A program made the position numbers and the translations under genes. From NCBI GenBank assembly GCA_944321155.1, contig CALUKG010000001.1, positions 4,283 through 68,282 on the forward strand: 64,000 nt of DNA, given 5' to 3'. Positions 52,558 to 61,804 of this stretch are shown here, piece by piece; position 1 is the first letter of the stretch; each line of letters begins with the position of its first letter. A model generated the notes under the pieces. It had not been told where the DNA came from and did no database searches. It saw nothing but the letters and a program-made list of their open reading frames with translations. This DNA comes from an uncultured Bacteroidales bacterium. Lineage in GTDB: Bacteria > Bacteroidota > Bacteroidia > Bacteroidales > Paludibacteraceae.

Positions 52558-55188
52558 ATGAAAACACGATTTTTAACTTTGGCCTTGACTTTACTCAGTG
52601 CAGTAGGAGCATGGGCGTATGACTTTAAAGTCGATGGGATTTGCTACAATTTTTCCTATGATTCAAGTAATGAAGTATATGTAACGTATGAACAAGATCC
52701 AGATAGTTGGAATGATATCCCAGCATACACTTCCCTAAGCGGGGAGATTGCCATTCCTGCTACTGTTTCGTATGAAGGTCAGAATTATAGCGTGAAAAGT
52801 ATAGGATACAGCGCATTTTCTGGTTGCACCTCACTCACCTCCGTTACCATAGGAAACAGCGTGACGAGTATAGGAAGCTATGCATTCTATGGCTGCTCTG
52901 CACTCACTTCCGTTACCATTCCAAACAGCGTGACGAGTATAGGAAGCTTTGCATTCTGGGACTGCTCTGCACTCACTCACATTCGCTGTGAAGCTACCAC
53001 ACCACCCACATTAAACGACAACGTTTTTGGCGACATTTTTGGCATGACATCTTTTCAATTGGTATTCGTGCCTACTGGGACAGCTACAGCCTATGCCAAT
53101 GCATGGGGCAATAACTACACCTATATTGACAGTGAGACCGAAATAACCGTGCACGTGGAAACAGCCGGTCAACTCGCTGCCGCCATTGTTGCACAGGGTG
53201 CCACACCTGCACGGGTTACAAAGCTTACAGTTACCGGCACACTGAACGAAGCTGACTTCAATATTATCAAGAGTAATATGCCCCTTCTGTATAGCCTTGA
53301 TTTGTCCAGTATCAGCAATACCACCTTACCCAATGAAACATTCTCTCAGAAACGGGCCCTCCTTTCCATTGCTTTACCCAATGGTCTGACTGAAATACCG
53401 AATAATGCATTCTATAACTGCAGACTCACTTCCATCTTGATTCCAAACAGCGTAACTACAATAGGAAGCAACGCATTCTATGACTGCTCTGGACTCACAA
53501 AGGTATATTACAATGGTAGTGTAGCAGATTGGTGCCAGATAGATTTTTCCGATATTTTTTCCAACCCTCTTTACAATGATGCCAATTTCTATATCAATAA
53601 CCAATTGGTAACGGATTTAGTAATTCCCGATGAGGTAATTACAATTAAAAACTATGCATTCTCTGTTTGCGCCTCACTCACTTCCGTTACCATTCCAAAC
53701 AGTGTGACAAATATAGGTGAAAGCGCATTCAGGGCATGCTATGCACTTACTTCTATTACCATCCCTAACAGCGTAACTACAATAGGAAGATCAGCATTCT
53801 CTGGCTGCTCTTCCCTTACTTCCGTTACCATAGGAAACAAGGTGCAAAATATCTATAGCAACACTTTTTTTGATTGTTCCCAATTAGACACCATCACGTG
53901 CCTAGGCAGTGTACCACCCATGGTAGATGGCAGCTTTGAAACCATTAACCCCAATACCTGTAAACTCTATGTACCCAATAACGCTTTGACGGATTATGTA
54001 GTAGCACCTGTGTGGGGTGCATTTCTTCATATGGAAGGGATAGACGTCAATTACCAGCTCACACTACAAATGAATGAAGGCGGTAAAATAAGTTGCAATA
54101 ACCATGACTATACAGACACCACCGAACTCACCTTTGCCGCAGGAACGGAAGTCAGCCTGAAACTGATGCCCGATGCAGGTTATAGCATTTCCGAAGTATG
54201 GGTAAACGGTGGATACTATATCTACCAAATCACAGAAGACATGACACTCCGCTTGACACTCAAGAGCGACGCTACAGTATCCGTTTCGTTCTATCGTGCC
54301 CACCTTGTCAATTTTGTCAATGCCGACGGTACGGTACTGCAATCCAGTTATGTGGAATATGGAGAAATGCCTTATTATAACAATTGGGAAACCCCATACC
54401 TGCCCAGCACGGCTGAATATGATTATGAGTTTACAGGATGGACACCGGAACTGACCGCAGTTACGGCCGACATCACATATACGGCGACCTACAACGCCAT
54501 CAAGCGCAGTTATCTTATCTCTTTCTATGACGAAGACTACAGCACTTTGCTGCATTCGGAATACATGGAGTATGGAGTAATGCCTGAATACAACGGCATG
54601 ACGCCCACCAAACCTTCCACCAATGAATATGACTACACTTTCAGCGGATGGTCACCTGAATTGCAAGCCGTAAGCGGCGAAGCCTCCTATTATGCCACCT
54701 ACACAGCCAATAGGAAAGCACAATATACCATCTCCTATTATTCCGAGGGTAGCTGCTCCTACTTCCTCAGCACCTGCTATGCCGGTGGTGACTTCCATTG
54801 TTGCGTATTACCGCATGAAGGCTATACCATCGCCTCTGTCACTCTCAATGGTGAGGACATTACTGAGCTGTTGGATGCAGACGGAAATATCTACCTGTAT
54901 GACATACAACAAAACATGGTTATTGTTGTTTCCACCACTGCCACTCCTTCTGAGGTTTCCTCTACCAAGCCATCCCGTTTACGTGCATGGCAGGCAGACG
55001 GCACCCTTTTCGTGGAAGTGGATGATGCAGTAGAGGCCGTAATGGTTTATGATGTGACAGGCCGCCTCATGCAGGAATACCAACACAACGGCGGTTACCA
55101 AATGTTGAATCTTCCTGCTCCGAACAAAGTGAATTTAGTGAAGGTTGTCAGCAAAGATGGCAGCGTAAACACCCACAAACTGATGTAA
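52558..55188 (+). CDS. BspA-like leucine-rich-repeat surface protein with Listeria-Bacteroides (InlB B-type) repeats and a T9SS C-terminal domain
   Basis: 876 aa. Signal peptide MKTRFLTLALTLLSAVGAWA. Repeats of SVTIPNSVTSIGSxAFxxCSxLT, then Y(E/T)F(T/S)GW(T/S)PEL...Y.ATY repeats. CTD ...VMVYDVTGRLMQEY...VNLVKVVSKDGSVNTHKLM. Confidence 0.85.
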   Translation: MKTRFLTLALTLLSAVGAWAYDFKVDGICYNFSYDSSNEVYVTYEQDPDSWNDIPAYTSLSGEIAIPATVSYEGQNYSVKSIGYSAFSGCTSLTSVTIGNSVTSIGSYAFYGCSALTSVTIPNSVTSIGSFAFWDCSALTHIRCEATTPPTLNDNVFGDIFGMTSFQLVFVPTGTATAYANAWGNNYTYIDSETEITVHVETAGQLAAAIVAQGATPARVTKLTVTGTLNEADFNIIKSNMPLLYSLDLSSISNTTLPNETFSQKRALLSIALPNGLTEIPNNAFYNCRLTSILIPNSVTTIGSNAFYDCSGLTKVYYNGSVADWCQIDFSDIFSNPLYNDANFYINNQLVTDLVIPDEVITIKNYAFSVCASLTSVTIPNSVTNIGESAFRACYALTSITIPNSVTTIGRSAFSGCSSLTSVTIGNKVQNIYSNTFFDCSQLDTITCLGSVPPMVDGSFETINPNTCKLYVPNNALTDYVVAPVWGAFLHMEGIDVNYQLTLQMNEGGKISCNNHDYTDTTELTFAAGTEVSLKLMPDAGYSISEVWVNGGYYIYQITEDMTLRLTLKSDATVSVSFYRAHLVNFVNADGTVLQSSYVEYGEMPYYNNWETPYLPSTAEYDYEFTGWTPELTAVTADITYTATYNAIKRSYLISFYDEDYSTLLHSEYMEYGVMPEYNGMTPTKPSTNEYDYTFSGWSPELQAVSGEASYYATYTANRKAQYTISYYSEGSCSYFLSTCYAGGDFHCCVLPHEGYTIASVTLNGEDITELLDADGNIYLYDIQQNMVIVVSTTATPSEVSSTKPSRLRAWQADGTLFVEVDDAVEAVMVYDVTGRLMQEYQHNGGYQMLNLPAPNKVNLVKVVSKDGSVNTHKLM

Positions 55189-55208
55189 GTACAAACGTAA
55201 GAGCCTTC

Positions 55209-55248
55209 AAAGGGGATTGTGACCGAGTCCATCGGCGCAGTCCCCTTT
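55209..55248 (+). terminator. terminator-like hairpin after the LRR gene
   Basis: AAAGGGGA-N24-TCCCCTTT followed by CTTC. The loop contains an inner CCGA/TCGG stem. Confidence 0.45.
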
Positions 55249-55304
55249 CTTCATGCATGGAGATAAAGAATAGAAAAGGCTTTTTCCACGCTTATGTTCT
55301 ATGC

Positions 55305-55528
55305 CACTGGATTCCGTATCGCAGTACGGAATGACGGAAAAAGAAACGGAGGAGGGTTTAATGAGCGGTGAAGAAATGAAAGAGGGTGACTCTATGCCCA
55401 CCCTACTGACATTCCACTGGATTCCGTATCGCAGTACGGAATGACGGGAAAGAGAAGCAAGGTATATGAGTATAGGCGATAGAGGAGGAGTGCATAGCGA
55501 GGTCATATCGCAGAAATGCGGTATCCAG
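55305..55528 (+). repeat. family-2 REP-like repeat cluster (two units), same orientation as the cluster at 51298-51633
   Basis: Units start at 55305 and 55425. The terminal unit looks about 85 percent identical by eye to the terminal unit of the left cluster and ends ATATCGCAGAAATGCGGTATCCAG. Confidence 0.85.
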
Positions 55529-55706
55529 AAGCAAGGATACATGCAAGGAATGAAGACAATGCGCCATGACATTACCATCCATACACCATACCCTACCAGA
55601 CTCCCAATCAATGCGGAATGGCGGAAAAGAGGAAGTATGTGCATATTATTGAAAAAATGATGGGCTAAAAATAAAATGCAAAATTATCTTAATACATAGT
55701 ACTTTG

Positions 55707-55738
55707 TATTGCATAGTACTATATAATGTCATATCTTT
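55707..55738 (+). promoter_or_regulatory. promoter of the PadR operon (ATTG-N20-TATCTTTG) overlapping a CATAGTACT direct repeat
   Basis: TATCTTTG at 55731-55738, 28 nt before ATG 55767. CATAGTACT occurs at 55694-55702 and at 55711-55719. Confidence 0.45.
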
Positions 55739-55766
55739 GCAGCGTTGAACAAATAGTTATTCGTAT

Positions 55767-56108
55767 ATGATTGAAAACATCCGCTCTCAAATGCGCAAAG
55801 GATTGCTGGAATATTGCATCCTCCTCATCTTGAAGCAGGGGCCTGCCTACGCCACCGAGATATTGGAAGCACTGAAAAGTGCCGACCTGCTGGTGGTGGA
55901 AGGCACGCTTTATCCCTTGCTCTCACGTTTGAAGAACGCCGGAGTCCTTGTACACCAATGGCAGGAATCACCCTCCGGTCCGCCACGCAAATATTTCAGC
56001 ATCACAGCCGAAGGCGAAACACTGCTCGAAGGATTGGAAAAAGAATGGAGCAGCATTGCCAACACCGTAAACAACCTACATCAAATGAAACAAGAAATCT
56101 CCTTATAA
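55767..56108 (+). CDS. PadR family transcriptional regulator
   Basis: 113 aa. LEYCILLILKQGPAYATEILEAL...GTLYPLLSRLKNAGVL...RKYFSITAEG winged-helix pattern. Confidence 0.9.
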   Translation: MIENIRSQMRKGLLEYCILLILKQGPAYATEILEALKSADLLVVEGTLYPLLSRLKNAGVLVHQWQESPSGPPRKYFSITAEGETLLEGLEKEWSSIANTVNNLHQMKQEISL

Positions 56109-56117
56109 GAAAGCCTT

Positions 56118-58007
56118 ATGAAACAAACGCTCACTGTTAATCTGAACGGCATCGCATTCCACATTGACCAGGATGCCTACCAAAAACTGAACGACTACCT
56201 TACCCAAGTAAGAGCACATTTGAATGTCAACGATGACAAAGACGAAATCATTGCTGACATTGAAGCCCGCATAGGCGAAGTTTTTACAGAAAAGCTACGC
56301 CAAAAACGTCAGGAAGTAGTAAACATGGAAATGGTTCAGGAAATCATTGAGATGCTCGGACAGCCTACCGACTACTCTGATGAAGCAAGCGAAGAACAAA
56401 CTGAACCGGAAAACAAAAAACACAAGAAACGCTTCTACCGCGATGAAGAAAACGGCATGATAGGTGGTGTGGCCGCCGGATTGGCCGCCTATTTGGGCTG
56501 GGACATGGTATGGGTACGCCTTGGCATGGCCTTATTCTGCGGATTGCTGCTATTCTTCTCTTTCCAAGTTTGGCCTATTTTCATTTATCTGTTAGTATGG
56601 CTCATCGCCCCAGCAGCCAAAAGTACTGCCCAGAAATTGGAAATGCGCGGTGAGAAAGTAACCATTGACAACATTGCCAGTCAAGTGGGAAAAAACACAG
56701 AAGAAAACAAGGCTGCCAAAACCATCAGCAAAGTAGCTGGCGTTATTGCCAAAATCGTCTTTTTCTGTGTCATCGGTTTTTTTGGACTTATCGGCTTAAT
56801 CGTCTTGTTTACCATTGGCATAGCTCTTTTGGCCACTCTGTTTGGATTAGGAGCTGCCGGAATGGGATTGGGTATAGCCGGCATGGCACTACCTTTTGAA
56901 TGGAATTGGGCCGCTTTCGGAGTAGCACCTTGGCAAGTAACCGTCATCACAGTATCTGGTATACTGTTGGTGATATGTCCTATCATCATTATCATAGGCG
57001 GACTTATCAGCTTAATCAGCAAACGCAAATGGACCAGCAAGGGATTCAATATCAGTTTCCTTCTGGTATGGTTCATCGCCTTGAGTGCACTCACCTTCAG
57101 TTGTTTCTATTCGAGTGGCATAAGAGAGGTTGGAAGACAAATCTTAAAAGGCTCTGACAACATAGAAGAAAGCATTGAGGAAATCATAGAAGACAGCTGC
57201 TATACACCTACCGGTAGTACCAATTGTACGGCAAGCATTACACCCGTATCATTCGGGCAGGTCAATCGTGCAAACCCCTATAAGAACACTGACGGACAAA
57301 TCATCAAGACTGACTTGCCTGCATTTAAAAATATCTGCCTCAAAGGGCCTATCCAATTGACCTTGCAGCAAAATCAGAACAGCATGGTTTCTATCAGTCA
57401 TTATGACACAGAACCTATAGTTGAGGTTAAAAACGGGACATTATATATAGAGAACACCTCTGTTAAGCAAGAAGGCAAATCCTTTTTCCAATGGCTGAAA
57501 GACAAAAAGGACATCAAAGAAATAGTGGTTTCCTTGTCGACCGACCTACACAATATCCATCATATTGAAGCCAACAAAGCAAGCGACATCCTTATTGCCG
57601 ACACGCTTTACAGCCCGCAACTATATCTGGAACTGAACGGAGCCAGCCAATTGAAAGGCGCCATCTGTGCAGAGCAATTCAAAATAGAAACAAGTGGAGC
57701 CAGTAATATCGAAAGTTACATTGCTGCCAAAGAAGCGGATTTTGAATTGAGTGGAGCATCGAACATGGAACTAAAGGGAAAAGCTGAAAAAGTGAATTAT
57801 GAAGCAAGTGGAGCCAGTCATATTTCAGCCAAAAATTTTCACTCCAATATCTGCACCATTGAATGTTCCGGAGCAAGTGACGCAGAAGTGCATGCCAGCG
57901 AAGTGCTCAATATAGACATCTCGGGCATGAGCCATGTAAGTTATAGCGGAAAGCCCAAACAGCTAAACGAAAAAAGCAGTGGTATGAGTGTTATTGAAAA
58001 AGAGTAA
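56118..58007 (+). CDS. PspC domain membrane protein with C-terminal DUF2807/GIN-like beta-helix repeats
   Basis: 629 aa. PspC motif RFYRDEENGMIGGVAAGLAAYLGWDMVWVRL, several TM segments, and C-terminal repeated SGAS(N/H/D).E modules. Confidence 0.8.
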   Translation: MKQTLTVNLNGIAFHIDQDAYQKLNDYLTQVRAHLNVNDDKDEIIADIEARIGEVFTEKLRQKRQEVVNMEMVQEIIEMLGQPTDYSDEASEEQTEPENKKHKKRFYRDEENGMIGGVAAGLAAYLGWDMVWVRLGMALFCGLLLFFSFQVWPIFIYLLVWLIAPAAKSTAQKLEMRGEKVTIDNIASQVGKNTEENKAAKTISKVAGVIAKIVFFCVIGFFGLIGLIVLFTIGIALLATLFGLGAAGMGLGIAGMALPFEWNWAAFGVAPWQVTVITVSGILLVICPIIIIIGGLISLISKRKWTSKGFNISFLLVWFIALSALTFSCFYSSGIREVGRQILKGSDNIEESIEEIIEDSCYTPTGSTNCTASITPVSFGQVNRANPYKNTDGQIIKTDLPAFKNICLKGPIQLTLQQNQNSMVSISHYDTEPIVEVKNGTLYIENTSVKQEGKSFFQWLKDKKDIKEIVVSLSTDLHNIHHIEANKASDILIADTLYSPQLYLELNGASQLKGAICAEQFKIETSGASNIESYIAAKEADFELSGASNMELKGKAEKVNYEASGASHISAKNFHSNICTIECSGASDAEVHASEVLNIDISGMSHVSYSGKPKQLNEKSSGMSVIEKE

Positions 58008-58059
58008 CAAAAGAAATAAAAAAACACCCCAGACTGATAGTGCAACTAAAGCAAATAAC

Positions 58060-58067
58060 TACATTTG
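58060..58067 (+). promoter_or_regulatory. -7 promoter motif TACATTTG upstream of pdxB
   Basis: It ends 22 nt before ATG 58090 and lies inside the ORF-track N-terminal extension, arguing for the shorter pdxB start. Confidence 0.4.
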
Positions 58068-58089
58068 CGGGCAATTAAAACCCCAAAAT

Positions 58090-59061
58090 ATGCGCATACT
58101 TATAGACAAATATGTTCCCTTCATTCAGGGCATACTCGAACCTTACGGCGAAGTAGAATACCTGTCGCCAGAAGAATTCACAGCAGAAAAAGTAAAGAAC
58201 GCCGATGCCCTTATCATCCGCACGCGTACACGCTGCAATGCTGCTCTTTTGAACAACAGTCAAGTACGCTTCATAGCTACAGCTACCATCGGTTTTGACC
58301 ATATAGATACCCACTATTGCGAATCGCAAGGCATCACATGGCAGAACGCAGCAGGATGTAATGCAGACGCTGTAAGACAATATATAGAGGGTGCCCTCCA
58401 CTATTTGGCAGAACAAAAAGGATTCCAATTGGAAGGAAAGACAATTGGCGTAGTGGGAGTGGGACATGTAGGTACACGCGTAGCCGCCATGGCAGAACGG
58501 CTGGGCATGCACGTACTCCGCAATGACCCGCCACGTGCACGCAAGGAAGGAGAAGCAGGCTTCTGCCATTTAGAGAAAATAGCCCGTGAGGCTGACATCA
58601 TCACATTCCATACCCCTCTTATCAAAGAAGGTGAAGACAAGACTTACCATCTGTGCAATGCAGCCTTCCTGCAACAACTTAAGCCAGAAGCATGCCTTAT
58701 CAACGCTGCCAGAGGAGGCATCATAGACGAACAGGCCCTATTGGCCTCGTCCTATACGTCGAGAAGCATCATTGACTGCTGGGAAGGCGAACCATGGCTT
58801 AACCTGGAACTGTTGCATAAGGTATGTGCAGGAACCCCCCATATAGCCGGCTATTCTCTGCAAGGCAAAGTGAATGCCACTACCCTATCCGTGCAAGGCA
58901 TTGCCCGCTTTTACCATTGGGACAAACTGATGGACTGGGAAGCACCGCTACCATCCGACTACAATCCCAATGCACCCTATGACATCACTGTGGACCATCA
59001 ATTGCTCATGCAGGCACCCGACCAATTGGAAAGACTACGCGATGAATACAAGTTACGATAA
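58090..59061 (+). CDS. pdxB: 4-phosphoerythronate dehydrogenase
   Basis: The start is at MRILIDKYVPFIQGILEPYGEVEYL. D-2-hydroxyacid dehydrogenase NAD site GVVGVGHVG and C-terminal PdxB dimerisation region. Confidence 0.88.
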   Translation: MRILIDKYVPFIQGILEPYGEVEYLSPEEFTAEKVKNADALIIRTRTRCNAALLNNSQVRFIATATIGFDHIDTHYCESQGITWQNAAGCNADAVRQYIEGALHYLAEQKGFQLEGKTIGVVGVGHVGTRVAAMAERLGMHVLRNDPPRARKEGEAGFCHLEKIAREADIITFHTPLIKEGEDKTYHLCNAAFLQQLKPEACLINAARGGIIDEQALLASSYTSRSIIDCWEGEPWLNLELLHKVCAGTPHIAGYSLQGKVNATTLSVQGIARFYHWDKLMDWEAPLPSDYNPNAPYDITVDHQLLMQAPDQLERLRDEYKLR

Positions 59062-59064
59062 ACA

Positions 59065-61509
59065 ATGCTACACAAACACCTACTTCTTCTATTTTTGGCA
59101 CTCATATTATCAACCTTTTGCCTCAAAGCACAACTGAAAGGCAAGGTATATGACGCCTCCACCCGCGAACCGTTAGCTTTCTGTACGGTATCGCTACTGA
59201 AAGCCGACAGCACGCTCTTAACAGGCACTATAACTGATGAGCAAGGAGGCTTCCAACTGGCCCTGCCACAGGATATTCCATTGTTCCTGCGCATATCATT
59301 TGTAGGATATCACAGCTATAGTCAGCCCTTACGAAGGCAACTCCCCGACAGTTTGTTTCTCCAACCCGTGAGCGAAACACTGGAAGACATGGTTGTTGTC
59401 GGAAAACTGCCCCTGATAGAACAAAAAATGGATAAACTCGTTGTCAATGTAGAATCCATGTTGAGCATCCAGGGAGAAGACGCCATAGCCCTATTACGTA
59501 AAGTGCCGGGGGTGAGCGTTGACAAAGACGGCAACATCAAACGTAACGGAAAAGATGTAAGCGTATGGATAGACGGACGTCCTTCTTACCTATCTGGTGA
59601 AGACCTGCAAGCCCTATTGAAAGGAACTGCTGCCGAAACCATTGAAAAAGTGGAAGTGATAGCCCATCCATCGGCCAAATATGACGCTGCTGGTGAAGCC
59701 GGCATCATCAATTTACGGATGAAACGGAGCCGACTGGAAGGTCTGAACGGTAACATAGCAGCCAGCTATACCAGTCAGCCTTACAAACAGCATTATTTCC
59801 AACAAGGCAACGGTTCTGCCATGCTGAGTTACCGCTCACCCATCAGCAACTCCGTGCTCAATTTGTCTGGAGGCGGATATGACAACTTCTTTGTAGCCTC
59901 TAGCAACAATTCCATATCAGATGAACAGTTATTACAGAAAGAATATGCATTAACCAACAATCTGGGATATTATACCAGCGTACGCTTTGCCAACGATTTC
60001 TTCCTCAACAAACATAACACCCTCGGTTTTATTTTCTCTTACAATGGTGGCGAAGGGAAAAGACCTCAATTGGACTATCATTCAGAAATCATGGTAGCCG
60101 ATAGCATTGCGCAACGGGGCACCATGGAAGATAAAAGTTTTAACAATAGAAACAACTATACCGCCAATCTCAACTATACATTGGTATTTGATGAGGAAAA
60201 GTCGTCGGAAATCACATTCAATGCCGATTATGTATCATCCAACAACTATGAAGAACAGGACAGGCTCTATTCCTATATGCAAGATAACAATACCTATCCT
60301 TTCAGTTACAAGCTCTACAACATGCATACACGCAACCGCATGGACGTATATTCCGGCAAGGCCGATTTCCAACACGCGTTCGGTGAGAGATATTTTCTGG
60401 AGGTTGGGGCCAAATATGCCCATACAACCACCCGTTATGACAACCAGCAATGGATGATGTCCAGTTCCACTCCTCCTGTTGCAGGAGACCCAGACAAAAC
60501 CCAACTCCGCTATACGGAACAAATCGGAGCTTTATATGCCACTTTTTCAGCCAAACTAAGCGAGCAATGGACTATCAAAGGAGGGCTACGAGGAGAATAT
60601 ACCGATGTATTGGGAACATGGGGAGACACAGCAACCACACAACGTTATTTCAACGTATTCCCGACCGTATTTGTAGGCTATACTCCCAATGAGAAACACC
60701 GTTTTTCGTTTTCCTACACATCGCGCATCAACCGTCCGGGCTATTGGCAACTCAATCCCATAGCCGATACACACGGTTCGGAAGAATCATACCTATATGG
60801 TAATCCCGCCATCAAACCATCACTTTCACATAATTTACAGATAGACTACGGATGGGGATACCATTTCAATGTATCAGCAGGATATTCTTACGCCAATAAT
60901 GTACCTACGGCGGTATTATTCAAACTGGAAGGACTCAGCAAACATTACCGTTGGGAAAACTTTGCCACCTCACAAAATGCCTATCTTAGCCTATCGCTAT
61001 CTGAACTTCCAATAGTCAAGAACTGGCTTACCACTACTGCCTTTGTATCGGGAATGATGACAGTCTATGACGAAACCATCAGCAACCCCTTGCAACAGAT
61101 TACCCCACTTAGCATATACGGGTATGCCTATGGCAGTCTGAATCTTCTGCTGCCCAAACGTTTCCGCATTGAATTAAGCGGTTGGGGTTCATCGCCTGCC
61201 GTATGGGCTTACAGCCGACAAAGTTGGGTCGGTTCGATGGACCTGTCTGTCAAGAAAAATTTCCTAAAGGACGACCGTCTGAGCGTAACCCTGACAGTTG
61301 CCGATCTATTTAATTCAGGTAAAACCACACAAATTCAGGAAATAAGCGGCAACAACAGTATCTATACACAAGAATTCCGCTGGAGTTCTACGGCCGCCCG
61401 CGTATCAGTGAGCTACTGTTTTGGCAATAATGGTCAACCGACCAAACGACGGAATGTAGGTAATGTAGAAGAGCTGAACCGCAATACGGAAAGCTCCAAA
61501 CATCCATAA
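59065..61509 (+). CDS. TonB-dependent-receptor-like outer membrane beta-barrel protein (CarboxypepD_reg-like N-domain + plug + barrel)
   Basis: 814 aa. Signal peptide, then KGKVYDASTREPLAFCTVSLL (carboxypeptidase regulatory-like), PGVSVDKDGNIKRNG (plug), and a long Y/G/N-rich barrel. Confidence 0.82.
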   Translation: MLHKHLLLLFLALILSTFCLKAQLKGKVYDASTREPLAFCTVSLLKADSTLLTGTITDEQGGFQLALPQDIPLFLRISFVGYHSYSQPLRRQLPDSLFLQPVSETLEDMVVVGKLPLIEQKMDKLVVNVESMLSIQGEDAIALLRKVPGVSVDKDGNIKRNGKDVSVWIDGRPSYLSGEDLQALLKGTAAETIEKVEVIAHPSAKYDAAGEAGIINLRMKRSRLEGLNGNIAASYTSQPYKQHYFQQGNGSAMLSYRSPISNSVLNLSGGGYDNFFVASSNNSISDEQLLQKEYALTNNLGYYTSVRFANDFFLNKHNTLGFIFSYNGGEGKRPQLDYHSEIMVADSIAQRGTMEDKSFNNRNNYTANLNYTLVFDEEKSSEITFNADYVSSNNYEEQDRLYSYMQDNNTYPFSYKLYNMHTRNRMDVYSGKADFQHAFGERYFLEVGAKYAHTTTRYDNQQWMMSSSTPPVAGDPDKTQLRYTEQIGALYATFSAKLSEQWTIKGGLRGEYTDVLGTWGDTATTQRYFNVFPTVFVGYTPNEKHRFSFSYTSRINRPGYWQLNPIADTHGSEESYLYGNPAIKPSLSHNLQIDYGWGYHFNVSAGYSYANNVPTAVLFKLEGLSKHYRWENFATSQNAYLSLSLSELPIVKNWLTTTAFVSGMMTVYDETISNPLQQITPLSIYGYAYGSLNLLLPKRFRIELSGWGSSPAVWAYSRQSWVGSMDLSVKKNFLKDDRLSVTLTVADLFNSGKTTQIQEISGNNSIYTQEFRWSSTAARVSVSYCFGNNGQPTKRRNVGNVEELNRNTESSKHP

Positions 61510-61520
61510 AAGCCCATAAA

Positions 61521-61612
61521 CTGCAGCGTTGTTTCAATGCCTTGCATCTTATATATTCTGACAAACCATAAGGGTGCTTCGTCAAAATAAGTAATTTTGA
61601 TAAAGCACCCTT
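61521..61612 (+). repeat. family-1 repeat, internally deleted copy, plus terminal hairpin
   Basis: CTGCAGCGTTG...GCCTTGCATCTTATATATTCTGACAAACC is followed by AAGGGTGCTTCGTCAAAA-N7-TTTTGATAAAGCACCCTT. It begins 12 nt after the stop of the barrel gene. Confidence 0.7.
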
Positions 61613-61752
61613 ATTCCCCTTGCATTATTCTGTAGCCTGATATCATCCCACTCTGCAGCTAATTCATGAGATTCACAATTTATGCTATCACAAACATGCC
61701 ATTAACACTTCACAAAATCAAACGCAATTCTACACTTATTTCGGCACAGCCA

Positions 61753-61784
61753 TTTGCCATTACAAGCAACTTGCCTTACCTTTG
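61753..61784 (+). promoter_or_regulatory. Bacteroidetes-type promoter (TTTG-N20-TACCTTTG)
   Basis: TTTG at 61753-61756 and TACCTTTG at 61777-61784. It lies inside the ORF-track extension, so the CDS start must be downstream. Confidence 0.5.
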
Positions 61785-61804
61785 CGTATAGAAAAATTAA
61801 AGGA

